Part shown: in pieces, positions 24,401 through 35,296 of the stretch
Position numbering within the stretch: the stretch's first letter is position 1
Layout of the letters: every line of letters begins with the position of its first letter
Assembly: GCA_963849325.1 (NCBI GenBank)
Contig: CAWKHF010000012.1
Location: 1,280,001 to 1,344,000, forward strand
Length of the DNA stretch: 64,000 nucleotides
Source of the DNA: an uncultured Planctomycetota bacterium
GTDB taxonomy: Bacteria; Planctomycetota; Planctomycetia; Gemmatales; Gemmataceae
Reading direction: 5' to 3'
Translations under genes and position numbers: made by a program
The notes under the pieces: model-generated
What the model was told of the DNA's origin: nothing
The model's database searches: none
What the model saw: only the letters and a program-made list of their open reading frames with translations

Positions 24401-24766
24401 GAGGTGCTTGCGGTACATGGCGACGCGATCGGCGACGGTGCGCGCGGCGAGGTCGTCGTCGAGCCAGCTCATGTGGCCGCGATTGTCGGTGACGCCGTGG
24501 TGCATGCGGAACGTCTCGGCGACGTAACAGCGGCCCTTGTCGTCGAAACAGAAGGACACGGGGTTGGCCAGCAACGGCTCGGCAGCCCACACGCGAGCCT
24601 CGACGCCCGGCGGCAGGCGCATGCGCTGGATTGCCCGGATCGGCTCGCCGGAGGCCGGGGCGACATGCGGCGAATAGGGTTGGGCCGCAGGCTCGGCGGA
24701 CTCGGTCATCCCGGACAGGGAGAGGGCGCCGAGGATGAGGAGGGAAACCGCGATCGTTCGATACAT
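21434..24766 (-). CDS. PVC-type heme-binding CxxCH protein (dehydrogenase beta-propeller, HEAT repeats, cytochrome c)
   Basis: AAEPLLANPV, GLRNPQEL, HEAT repeats, CLRCH..GGDVGPDLT, SAMP. Confidence 0.92.
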   Translation of the reverse strand: MYRTIAVSLLILGALSLSGMTESAEPAAQPYSPHVAPASGEPIRAIQRMRLPPGVEARVWAAEPLLANPVSFCFDDKGRCYVAETFRMHHGVTDNRGHMSWLDDDLAARTVADRVAMYRKHLKDQFRTYETEHDRIRLLEDTKGAGVADRAMVFADGFHHAADGLGAGVLAHKGGVYYTCIPDLWLLRDTKGNGQADVRRSLATGFGVHVAFVGHDMHGLRMGPDGLLYFSIGDRGLNVRTKECTTLFYPDTGAVLRCEPDGSNLEVVHIGLRNPQELAFNAHGDLFTVDNNSDSGDRARLVQVVEGGDSGWRTGYQYGSDFGNRGPWNAEKIWHLPNPEQPAYVVPPLAHITSGPSGFCFNYGATALPPRYADHFFVCDFRGNAGGSSLYSFAVKPKGASYEVADGHEYIGSILATDCDFGPDGGFYVSDWVQGWGLTGKGRIYRFADAEAAKKPAVAEVKKLLAEGFERRPDAELVQLLGHADLRVRQEAQFALADRGTASIPLLAKVAKEEKNSLARLHAIWGLGQLGRRGEKVVETLRLLLADPDAEVRRQTARAFGWLKEAESQVLVPLLHDPEPRVRFQAALSLTLRPARFQFKQGEDKMWDAVVRLLEDNAGRDPYLRHAAARVMALHHGQKLVNAVKHPSASVRLAAVLALRHKKSPVVWPFLDDPEPRIAVEAARVLHDSLADDPLAGKPLAERLHRPGMPEAFVLRALNSHFRLGQTENATALAAYAARPDAPEKMRVEALKLLGLWAQPPRRNRVTGLTQDLHPRDAKIATEAIKHSLAGIFAGPNAVRQEATKVAASLGVKEVGPVLFALAADGKRPAAMRVEALRALESLHDGSLDKAMHSALKDADPRVRTEGRRLLAHARPEEALTELGRALENGSMSERQGAFAILGEMKGPRVESELSKWLDKLLAGQVPAEARLDLVDAAERHPTPAIKDRLKRYEATAVKNDPLSPYQDVLVGGDAEAGRRIFLAKAEVSCLRCHKVHGVGGDVGPDLTGVGARQKRDYLLESIVAPNKQIAKGFDTVVLTLKSGKGCTGVLKSEDVREVRLMTAEGQLLVVPKDEIEERETGKSAMPDDLTKHLSRSEIRDLVEFLAGLK

Positions 24767-24967
24767 GGGGGTCGGACTCGGGTGGGAGGCGAATTCGGGA
24801 GTGTTACGCGGGAAGACCTACTTTTCCAGACTACCTCGCTTGCCCCCGGCTGACAAGCCCGTTGCGCGTGCGATTTTGGGCTTGCACGCGGCGAAGGGGT
24901 TGCTATTCCACCCTCTCCCGGAGAACAACTATAATGCCGAAGAAAGCCCTCTCTCAAGGAGCCCCCC

Positions 24968-26443
24968 ATGCAGGATCGGATTGCCTATCAGGGCATCACC
25001 TTCGACGACGTTCTCCTCGAGCCCGGTTACAGCGACGTGTTGCCCCGCGACGTAGACATCCGCACCCAACTCACGCGCAACATCCGCCTCAACCTGCCCA
25101 TCATCTCCTCGCCGATGGACACGGTGACGGAGAGCGACCTGGCCATCGCCCTGGCTCAGGAAGGGGGCATCGGCATCATCCACAAGAACATGACCATCGC
25201 CGACCAGACGCGCGAGGTGGACAAGGCCAAGCGCAGCGAGAACGGCATCATCACCGATCCCATCACGCTGCCGCCCGACGAATCGGTGGGCACGGCCCGC
25301 CGCATCATGGAGCAGAACAAGATCAGCGGCGTGCCCATCACGGTCAACGGCTACCTCAAGGGCATCCTGACGCGGCGCGACCTGCGCTTTTTGACCGACA
25401 ACAACCAGCGCCTGGCCGAGGTCATGACGCGCGACAACCTGGTGACGGCCACGGAGAATACGACGCTGGAAGCGGCGGAACGGATTTTGACGGAAAACAA
25501 GGTCGAGAAATTGCTGCTGGTTGACGATACCTATAAACTACGCGGTCTGATCACCATCAAGGACATCGACAAGCTGACCAACTTCCCCAACGCCTGCAAG
25601 GACCAGCGCGGTCGGCTGCGCGTGGGGGCGGCGGTCGGCGTACACGATTACGAGCGGGCCGAGTCGCTGATCCGGGCCGGAGTGGACGTCCTCGTCGTCG
25701 ATTCGGCGCACGGTCACTCCGCCAACGTGCTGGACACGGTGTCCGAGATCAAGCGACGCTTCACCATCGACGTCATCGCCGGCAACATCGCCACGGCCGA
25801 CGGGGCGCGGGCCCTCGTGGAGGCCGGCGCCGACGCGGTGAAGGTAGGCATCGGCCCCGGGTCGATCTGTACAACCCGCGTGATTTCGGGAGTTGGCGTA
25901 CCGCAGATAACGGCGATCTCTCAAGCGGCTAAAGGCGTGGCGGGGGCGGTGCCGATCATTGCCGATGGCGGCATCCGCTATTCCGGCGACATCAGCAAGG
26001 CCTTGGCCGCCGGCGCCCACAGCGTCATGCTCGGCAGTCTGCTGGCCGGTTTGGCCGAAAGTCCGGGGCAGATGATTATCTACAAGGGACGCAGCTTCAA
26101 GACGTATCGGGGCATGGGTTCGATCGGCGCCATGGTGGCCGGCTCCAAGGACCGCTACCGCCAGGAAGAGGGCGTGCGCGACAAGCTCGTGCCGGAAGGG
26201 GTCGAGGGACGAGTGCCCTACAAGGGGCCGCTGGCCCCGTTCATTTACCAGCTGGTCGGCGGACTGCGGGCCGGCATGGGGTACTGCGGCACACGGAATA
26301 TCGAGGAACTGCGCATGCGCAGCCGCTTCATCCTGGTGAGCGCGGCGTCGGTGCAGGAGAGTCATCCCCATGACATCGCCATTACGCAGGAAGCGCCCAA
26401 TTACAGCTCGCGCGCCGAGTACGGCAGCCCGGACGGCATGTAG
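24968..26443 (+). CDS. guaB: IMP dehydrogenase
   Basis: [19 protein letters not shown] pair, [23 protein letters not shown]. Confidence 0.98.
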   Translation: MQDRIAYQGITFDDVLLEPGYSDVLPRDVDIRTQLTRNIRLNLPIISSPMDTVTESDLAIALAQEGGIGIIHKNMTIADQTREVDKAKRSENGIITDPITLPPDESVGTARRIMEQNKISGVPITVNGYLKGILTRRDLRFLTDNNQRLAEVMTRDNLVTATENTTLEAAERILTENKVEKLLLVDDTYKLRGLITIKDIDKLTNFPNACKDQRGRLRVGAAVGVHDYERAESLIRAGVDVLVVDSAHGHSANVLDTVSEIKRRFTIDVIAGNIATADGARALVEAGADAVKVGIGPGSICTTRVISGVGVPQITAISQAAKGVAGAVPIIADGGIRYSGDISKALAAGAHSVMLGSLLAGLAESPGQMIIYKGRSFKTYRGMGSIGAMVAGSKDRYRQEEGVRDKLVPEGVEGRVPYKGPLAPFIYQLVGGLRAGMGYCGTRNIEELRMRSRFILVSAASVQESHPHDIAITQEAPNYSSRAEYGSPDGM

Positions 26444-27193
26444 CCTGCTCGCCCTTCTGGCCGGCGGCGTCGCGTCCGCCCAGACGCTGAAGCCGTATCC
26501 GAACGTGACCCCCTACGCCGCCGCGCCGGCGCCCTCGGCCGAGCTGGGACCGCCGCAGCGCATGGAGCCGACGGCCACGGCGCCGTTCCCGTTCGCCCAG
26601 CGCAGCCCCCGGCCGGAGGACAGAAGTTGCCGGGCGCGCCGCTGCCGCCGCGCGGCGGCATCCTGACCCCCGAGGCCGGCCTGGAAATAGAGCAAGCCGC
26701 CCCCTACACCATCCAGCTCGAACCTCCCGGACTCGAACGACTCGCGCAGTCGGTGCAGTCCGACGCCCAGCTCCAGGAGCGCATCCGCCAGGAGAACCGC
26801 GAGCGCAAGACGCCCGAGCGTGTCACCTTCCCGATGGACCCGGTCCTGTCGCGGGACACCTACCACGGCCGCAAGTGGGATCCCATGAAGCTGGAAGTCG
26901 CGCCGTACTACGTCTGCCACGGCCGGCTGTACTTTCAGCAGATCAATTTCGAGCGCTACGGCTGGGGTCTCGGCATCCTGACGCCGGTCTTATCCGCCGG
27001 CACCTTTCTCTGGGACTTCGTGACCTTCCCCTACCAGTTGGCCATGGAGCCGTGCCGCTGCTTCGAGTACAACACCGGCTGGTGTCTGCCCGGCGATCCG
27101 GTTCCGTTGCTGCTCTATCCGGTCGAAATCAGCGCCACCGGGGCCGTCGCCGAGATCGGAACCATTCTGACGCTGGTGGCGGTCTTCCCGTGA
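26421..27193 (+). CDS. Hypothetical exported planctomycete protein; start uncertain, frameshift near 26625
   Basis: Signal-like [14 protein letters not shown] in one frame; [17 protein letters not shown]...PGDPVP in the next. Confidence 0.6.
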
Positions 27194-27220
27194 GGGCGAG
27201 CCGCAGGGCAAAAGCCCTAT

Positions 27221-27275
27221 CCGAGCCGCGACCGTTAGGGAGCGAGGACCCCGCTCCCTAACGGTCGCGGCTCGG
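27221..27275. repeat. REP-like palindrome, family A
   Basis: 24-bp arms identical to the copy at 14078. Confidence 0.92.
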
Positions 27276-27393
27276 TAGCTTACGCTGCGGGGTCGTCCGA
27301 CAAGGAACCGAAAAAAGAGTTGCAGACCGCCTCGCGGGGAGGGATGATCGGGCAGCGGATACCCCGATTTCGTTCCCCACGAGAGCCATCCTC

Positions 27394-28852
27394 ATGAGAC
27401 CCCTCTACCTCGCTGCCGGAGTCTTGCTGACGCTCGCGGCCTCCCGTTCGCCGTTGGCGTCGGCGGAGAAACGACCCAACATCCTGTACATCATGGCCGA
27501 CGACCACGCCGCCCACGCCATCAGCGCCTACGGCAGCCGGATCAACCAGACGCCCAACATCGACCGCATCGCGCGGGGCGGCATGCGCTTCACGAACTGC
27601 TTCGCCACCAACGCGATCTGCACGCCGAGCCGGGCGGCCATCCTCACCGGCAAGTACGCCCACATCAACGGCGTGCCGGTCTTCAACCGCTTCGACGGCA
27701 GCCAGCCGACGCTCGCCAAGTATCTGCAAGCGGCCGGCTACCACACCGGCATGATCGGCAAGTGGCACCTCGGCAGCGAGCCGACCGGCTTCGACTACTG
27801 GAACATCCTGCCCGGCCAGGGCGTCTACCACGACCCGGTCTTCCTCGACATCGAGCGGCCGCCAGAAACACAACGGCTATTGCACCGACCTCATCGCCGA
27901 CTTCTCGCTGTCGTTCCTGGAGAAACGGCCGAAGGACCGGCCCTTCTTCCTCATGTGCCATCACAAGGCGCCGCACCGTCCCTGGCAGCCGGACGAGAAA
28001 CATCGCAAACAATGGGAGAACGTGCAGGTGCCCGAGCCGGAGACGCTCAACGACGACTACGCCACGCGCTCCGACGCGGCCCGCGAGGCGACCATGCGCA
28101 TCGACCGCGACCTGAAGCCTACCGACCTCAAGCAGAAACCGCCCGAGGGATTGACCGGCGCGGCGCTGAAGAAGTGGAAGTACCAGCGCTACATGCGCGA
28201 CTACCTCGCCTGCGTCGCCTCGGTGGACGACAACGTTGGCCGGCTGCTCGACTATCTCGACAAGAACGGCCTGGCGGACAACACCATCGTCATCTACACC
28301 TCGGACCAGGGCTTTTTCCTCGGCGATCACAACTGGTTCGACAAGCGTTTCATGTACGAGGAATCGCTGCGGATGCCGTTCCTGGTGCGCTGGCCGGACG
28401 TGGTCAAGCCGGGCACGGTCAACGACGCCATGGTCCTTAACGTGGACTTCGCGCCGACGCTGCTGGACGCCGCCGGCCTGAAGGTGCCGGCCGACATGCA
28501 GGGCCGCAGTTTTGTGCCGTTGCTGCGGGGCGAACAGCCCAAGGATTGGCGCACGGCCATGTACTATCGCTATTACCACTATCCCCAGGACCACCGCGTT
28601 CAGCCCCACTACGGCATCCGCACCGAACGCTACAAGCTCATCTATTTCAACAAGATCGACCAGTGGGAGCTGTTCGACCTGCGGAAAGACCCGCACGAGC
28701 TGAAGAACGTCTACGCGGACCCGGCCTACGCCGATACGGTCCAGACGCTCAAGACGGAGATGTACCGTCTCAAAAAGGAGTTGAAGGACGAGAACCAATT
28801 CGAGAAGGAACTGCCCAAAAATGGCGTCGGTGCGCCGGGGAAGAAGAAATAA
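27394..28852 (+). CDS. Sulfatase, frameshift near 27860
   Basis: [18 protein letters not shown] (CxPxR), [25 protein letters not shown]. Confidence 0.93.
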
Positions 28853-28875
28853 GCGTCGGTTGTAAAAGGTATCAA

Positions 28876-28926
28876 TCCGAGCCTGAAGCGTAAGCGAAGT
28901 TCCTTCGCTTACGCTTCAGGCTCGGA
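28876..28926. repeat. REP-like palindrome, family B
   Basis: tccgagcctgaagcgtaagcgaag-ttc-cttcgcttacgcttcaggctcgga. Confidence 0.92.
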
Positions 28927-29003
28927 CATACTCTTCCTCCTCGCTGGGCACGCCACTTGCACAGAGATAAGATGCCCGCACTTTCGCCGCGAAGGAGCAC
29001 ATC

Positions 29004-29207
29004 ATGCCGCAGAAACACAGCCAGCCGCTCGACGACGTCTCCTCGGCTCCCGAATCGGGCACCGTCTGCGACGACACGAGCGGAAACAAGCCGTCTGACC
29101 GAGGCTGCAATCCAGGGCAAGGTCGCGCTGCAAATAATCAAGGTGGGCAACGGCCCAACCCCTCCCAGGAGAAAGACGATCCCGCCATCGCCGGCGAGGA
29201 GCGGTGA
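29004..29207 (+). CDS. Small hydrophilic hypothetical protein
   Basis: AAGGAG RBS 7 nt before ATG; 67 aa. Confidence 0.45.
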   Translation: MPQKHSQPLDDVSSAPESGTVCDDTSGNKPSDRGCNPGQGRAANNQGGQRPNPSQEKDDPAIAGEER

Positions 29208-29230
29208 CACGCGGCCGGCGAGGACGTCCC

Positions 29231-29530
29231 ATGAGCAAGCACGTTAGTCGCAAGCAACGCTGGAACCGGGACGACGCGCAGCACTACTCCTCGACGCTGG
29301 GTCGAGTCTTCTATGAGCGGACGGGTTGGTACGCCCTCCTCGATTACCGGACTTTGGCTCCCTCGGAAGGCGAGAAGAGACTGCCAACCTGGATCACCCG
29401 TCATCAACGTCTCGGACCTTTCAAACGCCCCCGTAACGCGATGATTGCCCTGGAGCGAGAAGCCACCACACTTCGTAACCGCCACGGCACGGACATTCTC
29501 TTCTCGACCTCCTCCGAGCCGGAAGCGTAA
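29231..29530 (+). CDS. Hypothetical protein
   Basis: GAGGA RBS; 99 aa; stop codon lies inside the inverted-repeat arm. Confidence 0.6.
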   Translation: MSKHVSRKQRWNRDDAQHYSSTLGRVFYERTGWYALLDYRTLAPSEGEKRLPTWITRHQRLGPFKRPRNAMIALEREATTLRNRHGTDILFSTSSEPEA

Positions 29531-29892
29531 GCTTTGAAGTTGCGCCGAACGCTCGTTGAGTATTGTTGGTGGAGAACAAGGGACCGCTTTCCGCGGGTTA
29601 GGGCGGGTGATAACGTCACCCGTAGCCAACAACTCCATCCCCGGGAGCCGAAGCTCTCTGCGAAGGCAGAAGAAAGCGCACCGCCATGCCTGCCATTGCT
29701 TTATCTTCGGCCTGCTCATCGCGCCGGTCACCGGCACGCGGCTGCCCGGCGTGCGCAGCTACTCCAACCGCGAATACGGCCGGCAGCGGGCCGCTACCGC
29801 GCGGTGCCATTGGAACCGCGTCGCCCGGCCTGACTCGCGGCGTACCATACGAGCGTTCAGCGCAACTTCAAAGCTTACGCTTCCGGCTCCGA
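29513..29892. mobile_element. MITE-like element with 44-bp terminal inverted repeats
   Basis: 29513-29556 vs reverse complement of 29849-29892: 2 mismatches. The outer 20 bp match REP family B. Confidence 0.6.
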
Positions 29893-30079
29893 TGGCGTGT
29901 CCCTTTCGATGACCGGACGGAGGAGGGGGTGGAGGTGGGAGAACGCGCCGGTCGCTTTTCGGTTCCATCCCCGGCCGCGGAGGATTGCTCGGCCGGGAGG
30001 AAGTGTTTTCCGGCTGGCCGCAACCGGCTGCGACAGCGAGCAACAACAAAGCCGTCCAGCAGCGGAGACGGGTCGTCAT
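29759..30079 (-). CDS. Small lipoprotein downstream of DUF1559 gene; C-terminus runs into the repeat element
   Basis: MTTRLRCWTALLLLAVAAGC lipobox followed by a Pro-rich segment. Confidence 0.65.
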   Translation of the reverse strand: MTTRLRCWTALLLLAVAAGCGQPENTSSRPSNPPRPGMEPKSDRRVLPPPPPPPSGHRKGHAIGAGSVSFEVALNARMVRRESGRATRFQWHRAVAARCRPYSRLE

Positions 30080-30092
30080 CGCAGGCGCTCGC

Positions 30093-31085
30093 TCAGTTGC
30101 CGATCTGATCGAAATTGACCACCGCGCCATCCGACCAGCCGGACGCCGCGATGTAATTGGTATACGCCGGAGTGCCGGGAGCGATGCCCTTGCGGATGCT
30201 GCGCACCGCGCCGTCGCCCATGCTGAACTGGATGATGCCGCTGTGCTTGCTGTTGAATTCAGCCACCGCGGTGTCTCCCGTTCCGGCGGTGCCGTAGGCC
30301 GTCGGCAGCGAGCCGGTGCCGATCCAGGCGGGAGCGTATTGCCGGGGTCCGACCTCGACATCGTCCAGCCATTCGCCGAACATCAAGGTATTGCTGCTGC
30401 CGTCGCCGATCGTCACCTGGTGCAGGCTGACGCTCGAACGGTTGCAGAAGATGCCCGCGTACTGATCGACCGAGCCGTTGTTGATCTGGCCGCCGTAGCC
30501 GGCGACGCCGACGTAACTGGTCCGGCCCAGGTTGCCGCCGCCCTCGGTGATGCCGAAGCCACCGATGAACAGGTCGAATCCCTGTCCCGTCCGAAAGGTT
30601 TGCGTCAGGATGTCGGTTTGCACCGTGTTGGAGTAGGGATCGTCCGCCGGACACAGGTACGTCTTGACGCGCGCCTGGGCCGCCGCGTAGGTCGAACTGT
30701 AGTTCCACCACGGCGGATAGACCTTGCCGGGGTTCAGGTAATCCGCCGGCAAGCCCTGCATCAGGGCGCGATAGGTGTTGTCCTCTTCAACGTAGGGCAG
30801 CAGATACGTCAGCAGGCCGATGAACTGGGCGTTGAACGGGGGCACGCCCATGCCGGTATCGGGGTACGGCCCGAGCTGTCCGGGTGGGAGACAATTGTAG
30901 GTATCGGCGTAGTTGTGGGCGGCCAGGGCCAGCTGTTTGAGGTTGTTGCAGCACTGGGTCCGGGCGGCGCCCGCCCGGACTTTCTGGACCGCCGGCAGAA
31001 GGAAGCCGATGAGGACGCCCATGATGGCGATGACGACAAGCAGTTCGATCAGGGTGAATCCCGAGCGCCGGACGGTGCGGGCCAT
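30093..31085 (-). CDS. DUF1559 protein (prepilin N-terminal cleavage/methylation, H-X9-DG)
   Basis: [59 protein letters not shown]. Confidence 0.95.
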   Translation of the reverse strand: MARTVRRSGFTLIELLVVIAIMGVLIGFLLPAVQKVRAGAARTQCCNNLKQLALAAHNYADTYNCLPPGQLGPYPDTGMGVPPFNAQFIGLLTYLLPYVEEDNTYRALMQGLPADYLNPGKVYPPWWNYSSTYAAAQARVKTYLCPADDPYSNTVQTDILTQTFRTGQGFDLFIGGFGITEGGGNLGRTSYVGVAGYGGQINNGSVDQYAGIFCNRSSVSLHQVTIGDGSSNTLMFGEWLDDVEVGPRQYAPAWIGTGSLPTAYGTAGTGDTAVAEFNSKHSGIIQFSMGDGAVRSIRKGIAPGTPAYTNYIAASGWSDGAVVNFDQIGN

Positions 31086-31124
31086 GCATTCTTCCTTGGA
31101 CAGAGGGGTAATCGAATCCGAACA

Positions 31125-31171
31125 CCGCTTGCGGCTTAGCGTTTGCCGCTGGCCCGTTAAGCCGCCAGCGG
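31125..31171. repeat. REP-like palindrome, family C
   Basis: ccgcttgcggcttagcgtttgcc is the reverse complement of 2702-2724. Confidence 0.75.
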
Positions 31172-31447
31172 CTTCGTGGACAGACGCGGAGTCATCCGGA
31201 GACAGCGAACCGGGATAGGAGGAACGAGGGACGCTGCTCGGCGGCTTGGGGGCATGGTAGTGTAGCCGATCCCGGCCCGTGAGCAAGCCACAATGATAGG
31301 TCGTTACTCCATTACAATCCTCACTATAGTAGCGGAGAAATGGCCTCGCAACAAAAATCCGTCCGGAAAGGCGCTTTTTTTCGTTTTTTTGTTTTTTTCG
31401 AGGGTGGAAGGGTTCGCCCGGCGGGTGTCGGCGAGAGGAACGTCGTG

Positions 31448-32326
31448 ATGCGTGTACTGTTGACGGGTGCGAGCGGGCAACTGGGCGGCTACCTGCTGCG
31501 CGAACGGCTGAGGCAGGGAGGGGAGGTCGTGGCCTGGAGCGGGGGGCGGTGTGGCGAGCTGTTCGGCCATCCTTTGCGTCCGGTGGACCTGGCCGACGTG
31601 GATGCGACGGCGTTGGCTTTCCGGGAGGCGCAGCCGGACGTGATCGTTCATGCGGCGGCGCGGGCCGGCGTCGCTGACTGTCACCGCGAACCCGAACGGG
31701 CCGAGCAGGTCAACACGCGCGGCAGCGCCGTTCTCGCCGAGCTGGCCGACCGCGCCAAGGTCCGGCTCGTCCACGTGTCCACCGACATGGTGTTCGACGG
31801 CGAGCGCGGAAACTACCGCGAGGACGACGCCGTTGCACCCCTCTCGATCTATGGCCGTACCAAGGCCGAGGCCGAGCGTGCCGTCCTCGCCTACCCGCGC
31901 AACCTGGTCGTGCGTCTGAGCCTGCTGTTCGGCCCGTCGCTGGTCGGCCGGCCAGCCTTCTTCGATCAACAGATAACGGCCTTGCGCGAGGGCCGGCCCA
32001 TCACGCTTTTCCACGACGAATGGCGGACGCCGCTGAGTCTGCTCACCGCCGCACGCAGCCTGCTGACCCTGGCCGCGTCGGACGTTGGCGGACGGCTCCA
32101 CCTGGGCGGGCCGGAGCGGCTCAGCCGGGTGGAGATGGGCCGGCGCCTGGCCGCCTTCCTCCACTGCGATCCGGCCGTCATCGTGTCTGCCTCGCGCTTA
32201 AACAGCGCGGCGGACGAGCCGCGTCCGCGCGATCTCGCCCTGGATTCGTCCCGCTGGCGACGGCTGTTCCCCGGCCAGCCGTGGCCTGCCTGGGACGACG
32301 CCCTCGCCGAACTCATTCCCTCGTGA
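31448..32326 (+). CDS. Extended SDR, dTDP-4-dehydrorhamnose reductase (RmlD)-like
   Basis: [31 protein letters not shown]. Confidence 0.88.
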   Translation: MRVLLTGASGQLGGYLLRERLRQGGEVVAWSGGRCGELFGHPLRPVDLADVDATALAFREAQPDVIVHAAARAGVADCHREPERAEQVNTRGSAVLAELADRAKVRLVHVSTDMVFDGERGNYREDDAVAPLSIYGRTKAEAERAVLAYPRNLVVRLSLLFGPSLVGRPAFFDQQITALREGRPITLFHDEWRTPLSLLTAARSLLTLAASDVGGRLHLGGPERLSRVEMGRRLAAFLHCDPAVIVSASRLNSAADEPRPRDLALDSSRWRRLFPGQPWPAWDDALAELIPS

Positions 32327-32344
32327 AGCCAGGAGAACGCCGCC

Positions 32345-33100
32345 ATGAAGCAGCCTCGCGTCGCCCTCGTTACCGGCAGCGGCAAGAAGCGCATCGGCTG
32401 GCACGTCGCCGCCGCGCTCGGCGAGCGCGGCCATGCCGTGATCGTCCACTACCATACCTCGGCCGCGGAAGCGGCGGAGACCGTCGCGTCGTTCCGGCAG
32501 CACGGCGTCGAGTGCGTGGCCCTGCAAGCCGACCTCACCGACGAGGCCGCCGTACACGGTCTCTTTCAGGACGTCCTGTCCCGCTTCGGGCGGCTCGACG
32601 TGTTCGTTCACTGCGCCGGCCTGTGGCGGAAACGACGCCTGGAAGACGTTCGGCGCCGCCGATGTCCGCCGGCACTTCGAGGCCAACGTGTTGAGTACCT
32701 TCCTGTGCGCCGCGAGGCCGGCCTGGCGATGGTGCGTCAACCGGAGGGCGGCTGCATCGTCACCCTGGGCGACTGGGCCGAGGTTCGTCCCTATCCCGAT
32801 TACGCCGCGTACTTCGCCTCGAAGGGCGCCCTGCCGACCCTGACGCGCTGCCTGGCCGTGGAGCTAGGCACGCGCAACCCGCGCGTGCGCGTCAACTGCA
32901 TCCTGCCGGGGCCGGTCCTGCTGCCGCCCGATCTGCCCGAGGAAGAGCGTCGCGAAGCCATCGCCGCCACGCTGGCCCAGCACGAGGGCAGTCCCAACCA
33001 CGTCGCCGCCGCCGTCCTGTCCCTGCTCGACAATGACTTCATCACCGGCGTCAGCCTGCCCGTCGATGGCGGCCGCACCATTTTCGCCGGCGGAACGTAG
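32345..33100 (+). CDS. SDR oxidoreductase (pteridine reductase-like); compensating frameshifts near 32650-32710
   Basis: VALVTGSGKKRIG, YFASK, RVNCILPG, FITGVSLPVDGG. Confidence 0.85.
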   Translation: MKQPRVALVTGSGKKRIGWHVAAALGERGHAVIVHYHTSAAEAAETVASFRQHGVECVALQADLTDEAAVHGLFQDVLSRFGRLDVFVHCAGLWRKRRLEDVRRRRCPPALRGQRVEYLPVRREAGLAMVRQPEGGCIVTLGDWAEVRPYPDYAAYFASKGALPTLTRCLAVELGTRNPRVRVNCILPGPVLLPPDLPEEERREAIAATLAQHEGSPNHVAAAVLSLLDNDFITGVSLPVDGGRTIFAGGT

Positions 33101-33131
33101 GCAGCCAGCGTTTTTCCGGAAAATCTTGGGT

Positions 33132-33159
33132 TTGACTCCGACGCATAAGTCTTTACAAT
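33132..33159 (+). promoter_or_regulatory. Putative sigma70 promoter
   Basis: TTGACT-16 nt-TACAAT upstream of ORF 33221. Confidence 0.5.
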
Positions 33160-33220
33160 GACAGATGAGGTCTCGCCAGGGACGGCGAGGTTTCCGGAAC
33201 GCTGGAGAAGAGGTGCGGTC

Positions 33221-33757
33221 ATGTGGGTTCCCCAACCCGATCATCCGCTCCGGCGGATGTTCACTGGTCTCACCGAGCAAACATTCATCGACAAGCTGGG
33301 AGTAGCCGACCCTCGCCTCACCGACTATCTCTCCGAGTTGTTGTCTCGTTTCATCCACCTCGACGCCGTCTACCGGCTATCCAACGCGCGCGGCAAGCGA
33401 CTGGAGGAAGTCGCCGAGATGATGATCGAGGCCGAGGCGATGCCGCCCCAGGGCCGCACGCGCCGCGAGGTCTACCGGCACATCGGCGATTTCACCCTGT
33501 TCTGGACCGGCGTTTATCCCGAGGCGCTCAACCGTCTCCGCTCCATTCTCTCGAAGGACCACTTCATCGATTATTGTTCGCAGGGCAAGCGCTCCTACTA
33601 TCTCGCCAGCACCTTCGAGGAGCCGCCCTACCAGGAAGAAGCCCCCATCCTGCGACGGCTGAGCGAGGAGTTCGAGTTGTGCGCCTACGGACTGCACCAG
33701 GTCCGCCGCCAATGGGAGCGGCTGCCCGGTGAAGGACCGCCGCCCGTCGTCAATTGA
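33221..33757 (+). CDS. Conserved hypothetical protein
   Basis: GAGG RBS; clean ORF with RHIGDFTLFWTGVYPE, QGKRSYYLAS. Confidence 0.75.
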   Translation: MWVPQPDHPLRRMFTGLTEQTFIDKLGVADPRLTDYLSELLSRFIHLDAVYRLSNARGKRLEEVAEMMIEAEAMPPQGRTRREVYRHIGDFTLFWTGVYPEALNRLRSILSKDHFIDYCSQGKRSYYLASTFEEPPYQEEAPILRRLSEEFELCAYGLHQVRRQWERLPGEGPPPVVN

Positions 33758-33772
33758 TCGGTCGAAATCCTT

Positions 33773-33812
33773 GTTTCGCCGTAACACGCTCCGCTGCGCA
33801 TCGCGGCGAAAC
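33773..33812. repeat. Partial REP-like element, family D
   Basis: cgctccgctgcgcatcgcggcgaaac resembles the right arm of 61752-61817. Confidence 0.6.
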
Positions 33813-33814
33813 TT

Positions 33815-35246
33815 CTACTCGCGGAAGCGGCCGGGTTCGCGGACGCCCTTGCCCTGGCGTTTGGTCGCGGTATCGCCGAGGTCGTCGCGGGCCGTTTCGG
33901 CCAATTGCTTCAAGCGTTCGACGACTTCCGGATGGCGGTCGGCGACGTTGGTCGTCTCGCCGACGTCGTTGTCCAGGTCGAACAAGGCCAGGGGAGTAAT
34001 CGCCTGGGTGTAGGGAACGGGTTTGCCGTCCTTGCCTCCCGGTTTGCCGCCCAGCGTTCGATAGGTGTGGGAGAAGTGCAGCTTCCATTTGCCGGCGCGG
34101 ACGGCCTGCAGTCCTCGGTCCCAGTAGAAGTACAGCGCCTCATGGGGACATTTCGCCCCCGGCTGTCCCGAGATCAGCGGCCAAATGTCCAGACCGTCGA
34201 TCTTGTGCTTGGGCAACTCGGCGCCGGCCAGTCGCGCCAGCGTCGGCAGGATGTCGATGGTCATGGCCGGCTCTCGGCACACGCGGCCCGCCGGGATTTG
34301 GCCCGGCCAGCGCATCAGGCACGGCTCGCGCTGGCCGCCGTCCCAGGTCGTGCCCTTGCCCTCGCGCAGCGGTCCCGCCGAGCCGGCGTGGTCGCCGTAG
34401 GACAGCCACGGCCCATTGTCCGAGCAGAAGATTACCAGCGTCCGCTCGTCCAGGCCGTGTTTCTGGAGGGCGTCCAGGATCTGTCCGACCGACCAGTCGA
34501 TTTCCATGATGACGTCGCCATACAGACCCCGCTCCGACTTGCCCTTGAACTTGTCCGAGACGTGCAGCGGCACGTGCGGCATGTTGTGGGCCACGTACAG
34601 GAAGAACGGACGATCCTTGTTCTGGTCGATGAAGCGGACGGCGTGCTCGGTGTACCAGGTGGTCAGCTGCGTCTGATCGGGGTTGGTCCGGATGGTCTTT
34701 TCGCCTTCGATCAGGGGCAAGGGCGGGAACTTGGACGTCGGATGTTTGGGCCACATGTCGTTGGAGTAGGGCAGGCCGAAGTAATCGTCGAAGCCGTGCC
34801 GCGTCGGCAGGAAGGGCGGCTGATGGCCGAGGTGCCATTTGCCGTAAATCGCCGTGGCGTAGCCGCGGCGTCTTGAGGACGTCGGCAATGGTCTTCTCGC
34901 GGTCGCTGATGCCGTGCTTGCTCTGCGGCCCCAGGGCGCCGAGGATGCCCAGGCGGTTGGGATAGCAGCCGGTCAGCAGCGCCGTCCGCGACGCCGAGCA
35001 GACGGCCTGGGCGACGTAGAAGTCGGTGAAGCGCATGCCTTCGCGGGCCATGCGGTCGAGGTTCGGCGTCCGGAAGCCCTTGGCGCCGTAACAGCCGACG
35101 TCGCCGTAGCCCTGATCGTCGGTGAAGACGATGACGACGTTGGGCGGCCGGGCCGCTTTCTCCGCGCCGTGGAGCGGTGATTGGTCTCCCATCCCGACCA
35201 GCGCCGCCAGCCCAACGAACAGGGCCGCATACCCTTGTCGATTCAT
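33815..35246 (-). CDS. Arylsulfatase A-like sulfatase, frameshift near 34870
   Basis: [43 protein letters not shown]. Confidence 0.93.
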
Positions 35247-35296
35247 GTTTCGGTCCTCTTCGGCGATATTACCGCTCTTTATTTTCAGTTATTCCC

